49,683 nt of DNA. Source: Bdellovibrionota bacterium (GTDB taxonomy: Bacteria > Bdellovibrionota_C > UBA2361 > JBGSMV01). Numbering within the stretch: the first letter of the stretch is position 1; every line of letters starts with the position of its first letter. The stretch spans positions 1 to 49,683 of the forward strand of contig JBIKWF010000021.1 of NCBI GenBank assembly GCA_044356455.1, read 5' to 3'. Of the stretch, positions 1 to 9,913 are shown piece after piece. Below the pieces are notes generated by a model. It saw nothing but the letters and a program-made list of their open reading frames with translations, had not been told where the DNA came from and searched no databases. The position numbers and the translations under genes are program-made.

Positions 1-1212
1 TCACTCCTTTGGTTCTTCTCTCAAACCCCTCGATGTCTAGACATATCTATAAGCGGCTTGCTACCGGCTGCAATAAGTGGCTCGCTACTGCTGCTGCTTG
101 GCATTCTCTTGCTGGTACCGCTCTATGGAGAGTTCATGCTCTATGGCGCCTTCGTTCATGTCTTTTGCAGTACCATCATTGTTCTTTGGGCTCTGCTCTA
201 TTCGAAGTCTGAAACATATTGGATAAGAGTGGGATTGCTCGTAGCAAGCTGCATCATAATGCGCTTCTCTTACGGGCTAAATTTGGGGGATATGCTTCTT
301 GCCTCTGGGCTTCTCTGCCTGCGTGAAAGCATCCAGGTTCGTCACCTGCATAGACGCTCGGTTCGCTGGATCATAATTGGCGCATTAGGCGCAGGATTAA
401 TGGTAGGCGCATTGATTTGCTTCATGCGCCTACTCCCAATCCTAGGGCAAGGTGGCGGGGCAACCGCGATATCCCTTGAGTTCGTTCATCTTGGTTTCTT
501 GCTTGGTCTTGTGGGTTATGCACTTGGTGCGCGAACTTTTAATTACTCATCAAAGACGCAGCGCCTTCTTGAATTGGGCGCGCTCTTTGTTGCATCAGCC
601 CTGATCGTCCAGACTGTCCTGCGCGAAGCGGGGGTGCCTATTGGGTACTATACGTTCAAGTATACCCTTTACCCAGCACTTATCAGCATTCTTCTCTCTT
701 CTGCTTTAGTAATGCTCGCCTTGGGCAAGTGGTTGCGTCGGGAGGGGGTGAGAGGAGCTATCCCCTCTGCCTTCTTTGGCATCGCGAGCCTTTTAACGCT
801 TACCTATGCGTATGCTCCCTATCGTGACGACGTATATCAGAAGGCTTCGATCACGATTCTAGAACGCGATCAGTGGAAATTTTTGCGGACAGAGCTTGAG
901 GTACGGAATAAACAATTTGGTGGTTATATCTCAGGAAATTGGCCACGCTTTAGCTTTGTAAATGGCCTGCTTCATCGAAAGAACGATATCTTTGCATTTT
1001 CCGATGGCCGATTTCGAGCCGAACCTGGTTACTGCATTTTCTGGGAAAGCTCAGAGGAAAGCTGGAGTTGGCTCATAAAAAACACAGCCAGGTTTAAAGG
1101 GAAGGTGACACACAAGCTAACTGACTTAGTTGAGGTCGTTTCTCAAACTAACCCCTCGGCGCTCTCAAGGGTCCAACTGCCTTCGGGAGAATTCTCAATT
1201 TTATGTCTGTAA
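1..1212 (+). CDS. Polytopic membrane protein, 5'-truncated by the window edge (possibly glycosyltransferase/ArnT-like architecture)
   Basis: Frame is open from base 1 to TAA at 1212; many hydrophobic segments followed by a soluble C-terminal region. Confidence 0.6.
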   Translation, partial: SLLWFFSQTPRCLDISISGLLPAAISGSLLLLLGILLLVPLYGEFMLYGAFVHVFCSTIIVLWALLYSKSETYWIRVGLLVASCIIMRFSYGLNLGDMLLASGLLCLRESIQVRHLHRRSVRWIIIGALGAGLMVGALICFMRLLPILGQGGGATAISLEFVHLGFLLGLVGYALGARTFNYSSKTQRLLELGALFVASALIVQTVLREAGVPIGYYTFKYTLYPALISILLSSALVMLALGKWLRREGVRGAIPSAFFGIASLLTLTYAYAPYRDDVYQKASITILERDQWKFLRTELEVRNKQFGGYISGNWPRFSFVNGLLHRKNDIFAFSDGRFRAEPGYCIFWESSEESWSWLIKNTARFKGKVTHKLTDLVEVVSQTNPSALSRVQLPSGEFSILCL

Positions 1213-1372
1213 TCTGGCCCATAATAGAGACAGTTCTTTTCTGAGGAACCTTTTCAATCAATTGCACCAAGCGCGCAGCGAGAACGCGGTTGGCAATTTC
1301 TCTTTTGACCTCTAATAATTGAGGCTTTACGGATGCTCTTGAGATAATGATGTCTGAGCCCAAGGAAATACC

Positions 1373-1735
1373 ATGCGCAACCCTTACCTCTCTTACGGCA
1401 CTGCCGCAGCACTTCTCACCACCGCCGGTTGCGCAGCCCTTCTTAGTTCCACGAGCGACTCACTCTCAATTCTTGGTGCCCTGATTATTTCCCTAAACTT
1501 GAGTACCTGGCTCTTAGTTGCCTGGGATAAGGCAATTGCGGGACGGGACTACACGCGTGTTCCGGAGAAAGTCCTTCTGTTTCTCGCATTCATCGGTGGC
1601 GCGGCTGGTTTGCTTCTTGGGATGAAGCTCTTCCGTCACAAGACAAGGAAGGGTAGCTTTCGATATGCGCTGATAGCCATCTTTGGCATTCAAGCCCTAC
1701 TAGTACTTATAGTGCGGCGATATCTCGCCCAATGA
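1373..1735 (+). CDS. DUF1294 (YsdA-like) membrane protein
   Basis: Motif WDKxxA...RVPEKVL...GGAAG...FRHKTRK typical of DUF1294; AAGGA RBS upstream. Confidence 0.85.
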   Translation: MRNPYLSYGTAAALLTTAGCAALLSSTSDSLSILGALIISLNLSTWLLVAWDKAIAGRDYTRVPEKVLLFLAFIGGAAGLLLGMKLFRHKTRKGSFRYALIAIFGIQALLVLIVRRYLAQ

Positions 1736-1748
1736 AGGAGCTCTGCCC

Positions 1749-2792
1749 ATGAACCTGAGTGCGCCAAGCCCAGCCGCGCAGAACTCACCTCAGGCGCGAG
1801 AACCCGTCTTCTCGCAGCCCAGGCCCGTCCGCATGGGGGGCATTGCCTCGTTCATTATAGGGATTGCTGCGCTTGGACTTAAGTTCTGGGCCTACGAACT
1901 TACCAATTCCCAAGCAGTGCTTTCCGATGCCCTCGAAAGCATTGTGAACGTGGTCGCTGCCGGCTTTGCGCTTGTAGTAATTCACTACGCCGCGCGCCCG
2001 CCCGACGATGAGCATCCTTACGGTCACGGAAAAACCGAGTTCTTCTCCGCCGCCTTTGAAGGCGGACTAGTAGTCTTTGCGGCGGTCCTGATTTTGATTG
2101 ATTCAGCCCTCGCACTCACGACCGGTCATGTCGTGCGAGAAGCCGATTCTGGCCTTATGGTACTTGGTGCCGCGGGGCTACTGAATTTAATTTTGGGAGT
2201 TATTCTTCTTCGCGTTGGAAAGAAGCAGAATTCTCCGACGCTTGAGGCAAGCGGCCAGCACGTGCTTAGTGATGTATGGACGACAGGCGCCGCACTTGTG
2301 GGGCTCATGCTCGTGCATTTCACCGGGGCCCAATGGATTGATCCTCTGCTTGGGCTTCTCGCCGGCGCCTATCTTGCCTTCGTTGGACTTCGCATCTTAA
2401 GAGCGTCGGTAGGCGGCCTACTCGACGAGCAAAATCGCGATGTACTTTCGCACCTTGCGACTGCGATTGATGAAGTACGGCGAATGGGCATCATTGGGGT
2501 TCACGGAGCACGCATCATGCGCTCAGGCACGTATCACTATATAGATGCGCACGTGATTGTTCCCGAATTCTGGGATGTGAAGCACTCCCATGATGAAGTC
2601 AACCGCTTTGAGCGCGAGGCGATGGAACGCTACAAGTATCAAGGCGAGATTCACTTCCATATCGATCCTTGCCGAAGGAACTACTGCAAAAAGTGTAATG
2701 TTTCAGACTGTCAGATTCGGCGCGAGGATTTCAAAGAGAAAATAGTGCATTCGCTGCATGAGATTGTCTCTGAAACTTCCACGAGAGATTGA
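1749..2792 (+). CDS. Cation diffusion facilitator (FieF-like) transporter with Cys-rich C-terminal tail
   Basis: SQAVLSDALES, PPDDEHPYGHGKTE and HVLSDVWT CDF signatures; C-terminal dimerisation domain ending HFHIDPC; AAGGAG RBS. Confidence 0.92.
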   Translation: MNLSAPSPAAQNSPQAREPVFSQPRPVRMGGIASFIIGIAALGLKFWAYELTNSQAVLSDALESIVNVVAAGFALVVIHYAARPPDDEHPYGHGKTEFFSAAFEGGLVVFAAVLILIDSALALTTGHVVREADSGLMVLGAAGLLNLILGVILLRVGKKQNSPTLEASGQHVLSDVWTTGAALVGLMLVHFTGAQWIDPLLGLLAGAYLAFVGLRILRASVGGLLDEQNRDVLSHLATAIDEVRRMGIIGVHGARIMRSGTYHYIDAHVIVPEFWDVKHSHDEVNRFEREAMERYKYQGEIHFHIDPCRRNYCKKCNVSDCQIRREDFKEKIVHSLHEIVSETSTRD

Positions 2793-2860
2793 ACATTGTG
2801 GTTGCGGTGTTGGCTATTAGATGCAGAAATCTAGATCTCAACTCCCAGGCGATGCAGGGG

Positions 2861-2915
2861 CGTTTCGCGAGCGAAAATTATACCGCGAAGGACGCGATGG
2901 ACACAGAGGTGAGTT
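2861..2915. repeat. Degenerate 9-nt-period REP-like palindrome between convergent genes
   Basis: ttcgcg ... cgcgaaggacgcgatggacacagag resembles the internal arms of the element at 25577-25715. Confidence 0.45.
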
Positions 2916-2935
2916 ATTAACAAACTCCCTTTGGC

Positions 2936-3574
2936 CTATCGAAAGCTGGGATGTACGTCTTCGCTAGGGATCTGAATTTCGTCAAGAGCAAGGCCGGACT
3001 GCTTTATTTTCTGAGCTGCCTGTATAAGAAGTGCCCTGCGACCTGGTCCACCTATAGAAAAGTCTTTTTGAGGATCTATTCGATAGAAATAAACTGTGAC
3101 GTCAGAGACAGAACGAATTCCCCCAACTGTCGTAATCTTGTATTCTGCGCCCACACCGATATTCGTTGCGTCCTTGGGGCTAGGAATGAGCACTGAAGTC
3201 CTTCCATTACTAACTGCCCTTTCTGGGATCTGAAGCCCACCTGACTCGGCGCGACCCCGACTAGTAGAAAAATCCTCCAAGCTGTATACCTTTGATTCAT
3301 CGCGCCGATAAGCCGGAGCACCCTGTGCGGGTTTGAACAGTGACGCCGCTATATCCAGCACTCTCTTTCTCACATCTGGGCCACAGTGAGCTTTCCCAAT
3401 CGTGTCGATAGGATCCAACCACACTAACCGAAGAGTGGGGGCCCCAGAAACATCATTTGCGGGGCAAAGCATTACACCAACTTTATCCTGTAGGCCTTTT
3501 AGGTCCTTAGGTAGCTGTGGGGCAATGGTTTTGCCTAGAGAAAGAGAAGTGCTGGAAGCGGTTAACATGAACAC
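2936..3574 (-). CDS. Hypothetical protein, probably co-transcribed with the collagen-like gene
   Basis: 212-aa ORF starting 3 nt after the stop of 3578..4543, with an AGGAG RBS overlapping that stop. Confidence 0.65.
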   Translation of the reverse strand: MFMLTASSTSLSLGKTIAPQLPKDLKGLQDKVGVMLCPANDVSGAPTLRLVWLDPIDTIGKAHCGPDVRKRVLDIAASLFKPAQGAPAYRRDESKVYSLEDFSTSRGRAESGGLQIPERAVSNGRTSVLIPSPKDATNIGVGAEYKITTVGGIRSVSDVTVYFYRIDPQKDFSIGGPGRRALLIQAAQKIKQSGLALDEIQIPSEDVHPSFR

Positions 3575-3577
3575 TCC

Positions 3578-4543
3578 TTAGTTTCTTTCGACTCTGAGCT
3601 TTGCGGAGAATCCAGTCGCCGCTCTTAGGGTCAAGGTAAAGGGATCAATATAACGACTAGTCGCAACAGCACTGTTGATCTGAGCAGGTGCGACGTAGCC
3701 AGCTTGGCAGCCGCTTCGATTGTTCTGCAGCGCGAAGATGCCCCACGGTGCCCAAAGAGTTATATTGTCAAAGCCCGCTTGACCAATGGTTCGTTCAATC
3801 CCGTCGTATTGAGCGTACACCGCAGCTTGTGCCGTATTCGCTGCACTAGCGGATTCGCGAAAGCGCATTTCGGCACTTACCCCAAGTACGCGGCCCAAGG
3901 CCGGCTCTATCAAAGTCGTTTTTAAGGTACACCCGAAATCTCCTGCGCACATTTCGCGCAGGTCCACCGTGACACACTGATTCACACCGGCAGCAACCGC
4001 CACCGCATCAACGCGGCCAGCAGGACCCTGAGCGCCCACAGGCCCCACTGGTCCTTGAGGACCTACTGCTCCCTGCGGTCCAACTTCCCCACGCGGCCCC
4101 TGAGGTCCCACGGGACCTGACTCACCAGGGATCCCGCGTTCGCCAACCGCACCTCTCTCGCCTGCTGGTCCGCGCTCACCCGTAGCTCCCCGCGCCCCCG
4201 TTGGCCCCGCGGCTCCGGCTGGCCCAACCTGACCTGGCAACCCTTGCATACCTTGAGCCCCCGTATCTCCGCGCTCGCCCTTAGGGCCCGCGGGAAGACC
4301 AGAGATGCGCTCGGCTACGGCTTGCTGTGAGGCTGCAAGCGCAAGAGACGCCACATCGCCTTTAGATACTAGCCCGGTAACGAGGGAGAAACCTTTGGGA
4401 CAAGCTACGCCTTCTACTACTTTAAACTGAGCCTTAGGGCTCTTCTTGTTTTGACAAAGTAACGTCTCCGCCGAAGCTGGAGCGCCTGAAGCGAGCACAG
4501 AAAATGTAACCAGTACCAAGAGTGATGTGTTTCTTGAGCGCAT
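3578..4543 (-). CDS. Secreted collagen-like (Gly-X-Y) protein
   Basis: Signal peptide ending ASA-E; about 30 consecutive G-X-Y triplets (GPKGERGDTGAQG...GPAG); globular C-terminus. Confidence 0.9.
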   Translation of the reverse strand: MRSRNTSLLVLVTFSVLASGAPASAETLLCQNKKSPKAQFKVVEGVACPKGFSLVTGLVSKGDVASLALAASQQAVAERISGLPAGPKGERGDTGAQGMQGLPGQVGPAGAAGPTGARGATGERGPAGERGAVGERGIPGESGPVGPQGPRGEVGPQGAVGPQGPVGPVGAQGPAGRVDAVAVAAGVNQCVTVDLREMCAGDFGCTLKTTLIEPALGRVLGVSAEMRFRESASAANTAQAAVYAQYDGIERTIGQAGFDNITLWAPWGIFALQNNRSGCQAGYVAPAQINSAVATSRYIDPFTLTLRAATGFSAKLRVERN

Positions 4544-4803
4544 AAATATACTTCCTGAAATAAAAACCTGGAGTTCGTCTAGCCGCAGAGCCCCTGCGCA
4601 ACCTCGAACTCACAGATGGAGTTATGTAGATGGGAAAGAGGAATTGGCCTAAATCGCGGCTTTTAAGCGAGTTTTGGCGAAGTTATTGGAAGTAGAAAAT
4701 TACGCTGCCTGTAAGTTGCACTGCTGACCACCTACGTGCGCCGTGGCAATGTGCCTGACTCCGAAATCCAAATCCATGCTCGCCGTCCAACTACCACAAG
4801 CGA

Positions 4804-6684
4804 CTACGCCTTCGATGATAGTGGCTCGTGCTCATGACTCCACACTTGAAATTGAGCCATCATTTCCCCAGGCGCTGGGATGGGAGCGCTGCTTGGCTTC
4901 TGTTTGTCCTTGTACAAAGCGTGGATAGCTTTGTTGAACACACTGAGAATCCTGCTGTAAGTACCTTTGCGTCGCAAGTGTTCTCCATCCCTTTCCACAT
5001 ACACTTTGTGACCTTCAATAATCACCTGTAACGCCGGCCGATGATCCGGATTGCATTCCTGCGCAAGCTCGATGAGTAATGCTCCTTCAATTCCCGAACC
5101 ATCCATGCGAACACTATTAGCCCAACTATTGGCGACCGAACCTACTGCCGATTCACTGAGTTTACTGACCAGATCAACGTCGAGTTCTGAAGTATCAATG
5201 ACTCCTTTTCGTTCCAGAGCTCCAATTTGATCGCCAATCTGCACACCACGCATTATTGCAATAGTGCAGAATTGTGTATTGGGAATGACAAAATGTGAGC
5301 CGTAGCCAGTACCCCCAAGCCGCAACTCTGCGGTTGTGAGAATCTGCTTGAGCTGCTCATTCGTGAGCCCACCACATATCCATGGATGGGCGGAAGCAAG
5401 CCTTGCGTACATACAATACAAGGCTTCTCTGCCGCTGGGTCTAGATTTTTCTTCCTTAATTTGATGTGCTTCGCCTAAGATGGCGTCTATCACCGCACGT
5501 CGAAAGCCCGCCTGCATTGGGGGAATAAGCTTGCGATATTCCTCAAGCACACTCCCACGGTTCCCAAAAAATGGCTGCTTCTTATTGCTCGTCGCCTCGT
5601 CATCAACGTATTGGGCACCTTTTTCGAGGACATGCATAAATGCAGACATCAGCAGTTCAGCCGGGAACTTCCGTCCTACATCACGGGCGAACTCGCAATG
5701 ATACAAGAACTTTTGGCGTAAGAAGTCAGGCACGTATTCCTCGCATGACGAAACAGAGGAAAGCGCCCCGGCTATCTGCTTCCAATCACGGCCTCCTCTC
5801 GAGGCGAGGTGGCTGTGCGAATTTCCTACCAACGCCGAAACAATCTCTGCGGAGATGTATGTCTCGCTTTGACTCGCTGCTAATACGACAGCTCCGATGG
5901 CCTGGTTTACTTTCGGTGACGGCGGATGTGTAGCTAGGTCTGGGTGAAAAGTCACGTTATCAAGCAGTCCCCAGCGCTTAGAGACCATGGCGAGGAGCGC
6001 TACGTTAGTAATGGCTCGAGGTAAAGTTGGAAGTTCCTGAAGACTTATCGGGCTATCGAAAGGGCATCGCACAGTCTCGAGTTTAACGAGGCATCCAAGA
6101 AATCCTTCGCGAGAGACCCAAGGCTCGCCAATCTCCCTTTTCGGCCCTGATAACGTGGAGGTAGACCATTCAGCGTAAACATTGCGGAAAAGGTCATTCT
6201 GTAGGCCGGCATCGAGGCAGTTAGCAAAAAACTGACTCAGTGCTGCCATGGTGAGTGGTTTATCTGAGCCGGTACGACCAAAAATGCTTTTCAAGAGTGG
6301 TTTGGGCAGACTGTCCAATACCTGGGGGAGAATTGCTCCTTGCACAGGATTCCGAGCGCCGAATACCGCACAGAGAGCTTCGGACCTTTCCCTATAGTCG
6401 TCTATTCCATAGGCTTCCATGAGAACTGAGAGATAAGATGTTTTTTGTTTTGAAGAGAGTTCCCCAGAATCAACCTTTAGCTGGATCTGACCCTGCAACT
6501 GCATCTCACTCATTTCCTTTGGAGCTTGCTTCCATTTTTTCAGATCCTCGTTTTCTAACCTATGCCGCTCGAGTATGTCGTGGCGAAGCCCTTCGATATC
6601 ACTCGTTAGAAATGATTGAAGACGCTCATCGAGACTAGTAGCCTTGGGTGACTGCTTTTTCGAAAACTCAAATTGTGAATCCAT
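4804..6684 (-). CDS. Hypothetical protein (largely helical)
   Basis: 626-aa ORF; no family recognised. Confidence 0.7.
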   Translation of the reverse strand: MDSQFEFSKKQSPKATSLDERLQSFLTSDIEGLRHDILERHRLENEDLKKWKQAPKEMSEMQLQGQIQLKVDSGELSSKQKTSYLSVLMEAYGIDDYRERSEALCAVFGARNPVQGAILPQVLDSLPKPLLKSIFGRTGSDKPLTMAALSQFFANCLDAGLQNDLFRNVYAEWSTSTLSGPKREIGEPWVSREGFLGCLVKLETVRCPFDSPISLQELPTLPRAITNVALLAMVSKRWGLLDNVTFHPDLATHPPSPKVNQAIGAVVLAASQSETYISAEIVSALVGNSHSHLASRGGRDWKQIAGALSSVSSCEEYVPDFLRQKFLYHCEFARDVGRKFPAELLMSAFMHVLEKGAQYVDDEATSNKKQPFFGNRGSVLEEYRKLIPPMQAGFRRAVIDAILGEAHQIKEEKSRPSGREALYCMYARLASAHPWICGGLTNEQLKQILTTAELRLGGTGYGSHFVIPNTQFCTIAIMRGVQIGDQIGALERKGVIDTSELDVDLVSKLSESAVGSVANSWANSVRMDGSGIEGALLIELAQECNPDHRPALQVIIEGHKVYVERDGEHLRRKGTYSRILSVFNKAIHALYKDKQKPSSAPIPAPGEMMAQFQVWSHEHEPLSSKA

Positions 6685-7009
6685 ACTTCTTCCGATAAGG
6701 CCGCTACATTCTCTTGTCTGCGGCTCATTACTTAGATTTGCCTTGGAGTTATACGGAAGCGGAAGAGAGGCAGGCTTAATTTGGCTACTTCTATGACTTA
6801 CGCAGCGAAGTTCTTACTCTGTGCAATTTTCGCCAAAGCTCGCACTTCCCTGCAACACGACTAACAGCCGGGAATACCTATGAAGAGGACCAACAAGATA
6901 GCAAATAAAGACGAAGCTTAGCGCAACACAAGCAAGCACTCTTGGTGCGATACTCGTTGTCACCAATGGCTGCTAGGAAACACGCGGCGGGTGGAAAGTG
7001 AGCTCCTCT

Positions 7010-9202
7010 CTATTGAGCCAGGATTGGTCCTACTATCCAAACCCCGAGCGGGGCAGGAGAATTCGCAGGCTCGTAGATGACAGCGCCAGCGAAATCTCTT
7101 CTCTCACCCGCTACAGAAACGGTTACGCCAGCTGCCGTTTGACTTACTAGCTCACGGACAGAGCCACGTGCAGGATTCGTCGACACGCGGCAGACTTCTC
7201 TTCCTGCTGCAGTAGCGCAGGATATAATCGCATCATCACCCCACCCCGTAAGTCCCATTACCTTCGAACGTAGGTCGGCAAACCCCACAAGCCGCGCTAC
7301 CTCTTGAGTTGTCGCACTAAAAATTCGGTCGTCTTCATCGAGCGCTGGCGTCACGTACCCAAACTTTGGGTTCCAATATAAAAGAGAGTCCACTCCAAGC
7401 AGACGTAGATGTATAAGGAGCTCTTGTTGCATATCATTGTCTCTAAAGAGGTGCCGTGGGTTCAGCCCAAAGCTTCTAAAGGCTACCCAGGGTGATACGC
7501 CCGCACCGAGCCCTGACAGAATACTAGCCTTGGCACTGTTTAACTCGTACCGAAGCGCGTTGAATGGAGTTGCTTCATACGGATTGATTCCATCAAGCCT
7601 TAGATTCTCTATGCCATTAAGGTATCCATAGAGAGATGGCGCGTGGTGTGTCCCAACCACTTCCCCTCTCGAGTAGAGATAGGTGCGATTTCCAAATCGG
7701 TCAGGGATGCCTAGCTCCTGAGGCCGAGCCGCCCACTCATAATTCGAAATCTTGGCGTTCGGAAACACCGCGAGAGTTGGCTCAACCACTGCTTGCCGAT
7801 AGTAATCGGCAATGCGCTCCTCCATTACGGAGTCCCAGATGAAAGTGGGATCCCCAATAGTATTCCTCGGAGTCCTCGCGGAAAGAATCTGTCCAAGTCC
7901 CCCCTGCCCCGGAAACCCTCGAGCCCTGAGGCGCGGCAGAATGTCCGCTTGATAACGAGCATCCTGCTCAATCGCGCGAAAACGGTCGGAAAGATCACTG
8001 CACGCAACTCGAAAGAGAGGCGGGCTATCGCATTGCTGAAGGCCATACGAGAACATGTAGAACTCTTCAATATCAAAAACATGATAGTCGAGTTTTCCCC
8101 CGGCAGCTCGAAAGGCTTCGAGAAACGCACGCACTCGGCGGGCAAGGCTTTCAACTCCATGGTCCCACCACAGCCCAGCGAAGCGCTTTCCGGTCACCGG
8201 ATCCAACGTGCTATCTGCAGGATTGCTATGAAAGACTGGATCCGCTTCGGTAGCGTAGTTAAAGTCCCAGAATCCTAGAACTCTATGACCCTCGGGAGAG
8301 CGACTCACTCTCTCGACTACCTCGCGCATCAGATCCGGGCGGCGCAAACTCGCCCATTCGATTTGTACGAGACCGTCTGACGGCTCTCTCACCTCCCCCC
8401 ACGCATACGTATACAGTGAGACTCTCTCGACGCGCTCGTCGCCCTCGTTTGTGTCATTGACGGCGCTGCAGCCTGGGTCAACTGGGTAATCTGCAAGACC
8501 ATCGCTATCGTCATCAAGGCCATTACTGCAGAGCGCAGGAGCTGCGGCCTGGGGAGTAGGTGTTAGGGTGGGAGATGGCGAAGGTGTTACGGTTGGAGTT
8601 TGAGTCGCTGTCGCAGTTCGAGTCGCGGTTGCGGTTGCGGTTGGGCTCGCAGTGCGGGTGTTAGTTGGCGAGGATGTCGGCGTAAAGGTCTGAGAGGGTG
8701 CAGCGGGAGGAGCGGTAGTCGCTGTAGGGTTCGGAGTCTGGCTAGAAACAGGTGGAGCCGTCGGTGTCACCTGGCTTTCTGGAGAGCGGCACTCGCCGCT
8801 ACAGACGGTGAGCATCTTTTGCGCTGCACTCTTAGCTCCGCACGAGCTCCGCACCACCACGCGGGCCTTAAAAGTTCCAGGTCTCGCGTATCTAAAATAA
8901 ACTGAGGATTTTCTCGTAACACGCGACTGCCTGTCTCCGGAGAAGAAATGAAAACGTAGATTCTCGCCAAGACTCTGAGCTGCGTTAAAGCGCACACGCG
9001 ACGAGGAGGTTTCCTCTGGAACAAGCAGGATAGCTTTTGGTTTTCTGCAGTGGCTGCGGCTCGCAGGAGAGGCGTTACTGTCCCTCTCTCGATAGGACTC
9101 CGCGCCTACTACGCGCGGGCAGAAGACGGCGAGCCAGAACAATATCAGCGCAAAGCTACTGAAAGAGGTGAACCCAATTGAAGTGAGAACCTTATTCTGC
9201 AT
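7010..9202 (-). CDS. Secreted modular protein: PKD-like domain, Pro/Thr linker, Ca-binding Cys repeat, large C-terminal domain (possibly glycoside-hydrolase-like)
   Basis: Start moved to ATG 9202 (AGGAG 6 nt upstream). Signal peptide; VRFNAAQS...FFSGD...YARPGTFKARVVV PKD-like pattern; TPT repeats; CSNGLDDDSDGLADYPVDPGC. Confidence 0.8.
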   Translation of the reverse strand: MQNKVLTSIGFTSFSSFALILFWLAVFCPRVVGAESYRERDSNASPASRSHCRKPKAILLVPEETSSSRVRFNAAQSLGENLRFHFFSGDRQSRVTRKSSVYFRYARPGTFKARVVVRSSCGAKSAAQKMLTVCSGECRSPESQVTPTAPPVSSQTPNPTATTAPPAAPSQTFTPTSSPTNTRTASPTATATATRTATATQTPTVTPSPSPTLTPTPQAAAPALCSNGLDDDSDGLADYPVDPGCSAVNDTNEGDERVERVSLYTYAWGEVREPSDGLVQIEWASLRRPDLMREVVERVSRSPEGHRVLGFWDFNYATEADPVFHSNPADSTLDPVTGKRFAGLWWDHGVESLARRVRAFLEAFRAAGGKLDYHVFDIEEFYMFSYGLQQCDSPPLFRVACSDLSDRFRAIEQDARYQADILPRLRARGFPGQGGLGQILSARTPRNTIGDPTFIWDSVMEERIADYYRQAVVEPTLAVFPNAKISNYEWAARPQELGIPDRFGNRTYLYSRGEVVGTHHAPSLYGYLNGIENLRLDGINPYEATPFNALRYELNSAKASILSGLGAGVSPWVAFRSFGLNPRHLFRDNDMQQELLIHLRLLGVDSLLYWNPKFGYVTPALDEDDRIFSATTQEVARLVGFADLRSKVMGLTGWGDDAIISCATAAGREVCRVSTNPARGSVRELVSQTAAGVTVSVAGERRDFAGAVIYEPANSPAPLGVWIVGPILAQ

Positions 9203-9259
9203 ACCAGTCTCCTGGCTGCACGAACACCAACCCACGAATCATTTCGATAAATTCTTAGG

Positions 9260-9275
9260 AGCAAACTTTGTGCCG
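9260..9275 (-). promoter_or_regulatory. Sigma-54 (-24/-12) promoter
   Basis: Minus strand CGGC-ACAAAGT-TTGCT, exact 7-nt spacing, upstream of 7010..9202. Confidence 0.65.
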
Positions 9276-9446
9276 ATTCATTAGGCAGTCGGCAGGAAGG
9301 GCGGTACCTGCAAGAGCAATCCCGCGAAATTCTCATTTTGAAATAATCCGTCAGTCCGGTAGAACGCGGGTAGAGTTCCTGCTCATATCCTGAGTATAGA
9401 GTGTCTCTCATGAGATTCTTCTTCCGAAAGCAGCAGGAGAAAAGTT

Positions 9447-9728
9447 ATGGCTAGTCAGAATCAAGATACCAAAAGGGGAAATGGAACACCTCAGGGCTCC
9501 CCCAAGCAAGAGGAGGCATTAAAACCATCTTTCTCAGAACTTCAGCCACAGGGTGAGAATATTTGGGGGAGCCTATCCAGTTCAATTGACCTGACCAAGA
9601 CACGCCCTGCGCTTCCTGAAAGAATTTGCACGCGCGGAGCCCCTGACCCTGAGATGATCAAGAGGTTGGAAGAGGCGCTTGAAATCATTCGCAAGCAAAG
9701 GTGGCCTCGTCCGCCTAAGACTCCTTAA
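9447..9728 (+). CDS. Small hypothetical protein
   Basis: 93-aa ORF with AGGAG RBS. Confidence 0.6.
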   Translation: MASQNQDTKRGNGTPQGSPKQEEALKPSFSELQPQGENIWGSLSSSIDLTKTRPALPERICTRGAPDPEMIKRLEEALEIIRKQRWPRPPKTP

Positions 9729-9759
9729 GTCAGCAACGAACTTGGACTTATAATTACGG

Positions 9760-9894
9760 TTAAGAGCCTGACGACACACCACAGCATTGGATATTTCATT
9801 TTTTCTCTCTGTGCCCTCTGTGGCTTTTTAAAACTTTAAGTCAACCACAGAGGGCACAGAGTTCACAGAGCGGACTTTCTCAGAGCCTCCCTAA
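9760..9894. mobile_element. MITE family A, diverged copy with 9-nt-period internal hairpin
   Basis: ttaa-gagcctg left end; ctctgtgccctctgtgg/ccacagagggcacagag 17-bp stem; right end tttctcagagcctcc-ctaa resembles tttttcagaggctcc-ctag/ctaa of the other copies. Confidence 0.65.
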
Positions 9895-9913
9895 CAGTAC
9901 GAATGGTTCCAAG

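Noticed and set aside
1148..1363. 71-aa minus-strand ORF
   Set aside because: Overlaps the upstream CDS end, antisense to the operon, and has no recognisable motif.
4010..4290. 9-bp periodicity as a non-coding repeat
   Set aside because: Explained by collagen Gly-X-Y coding.
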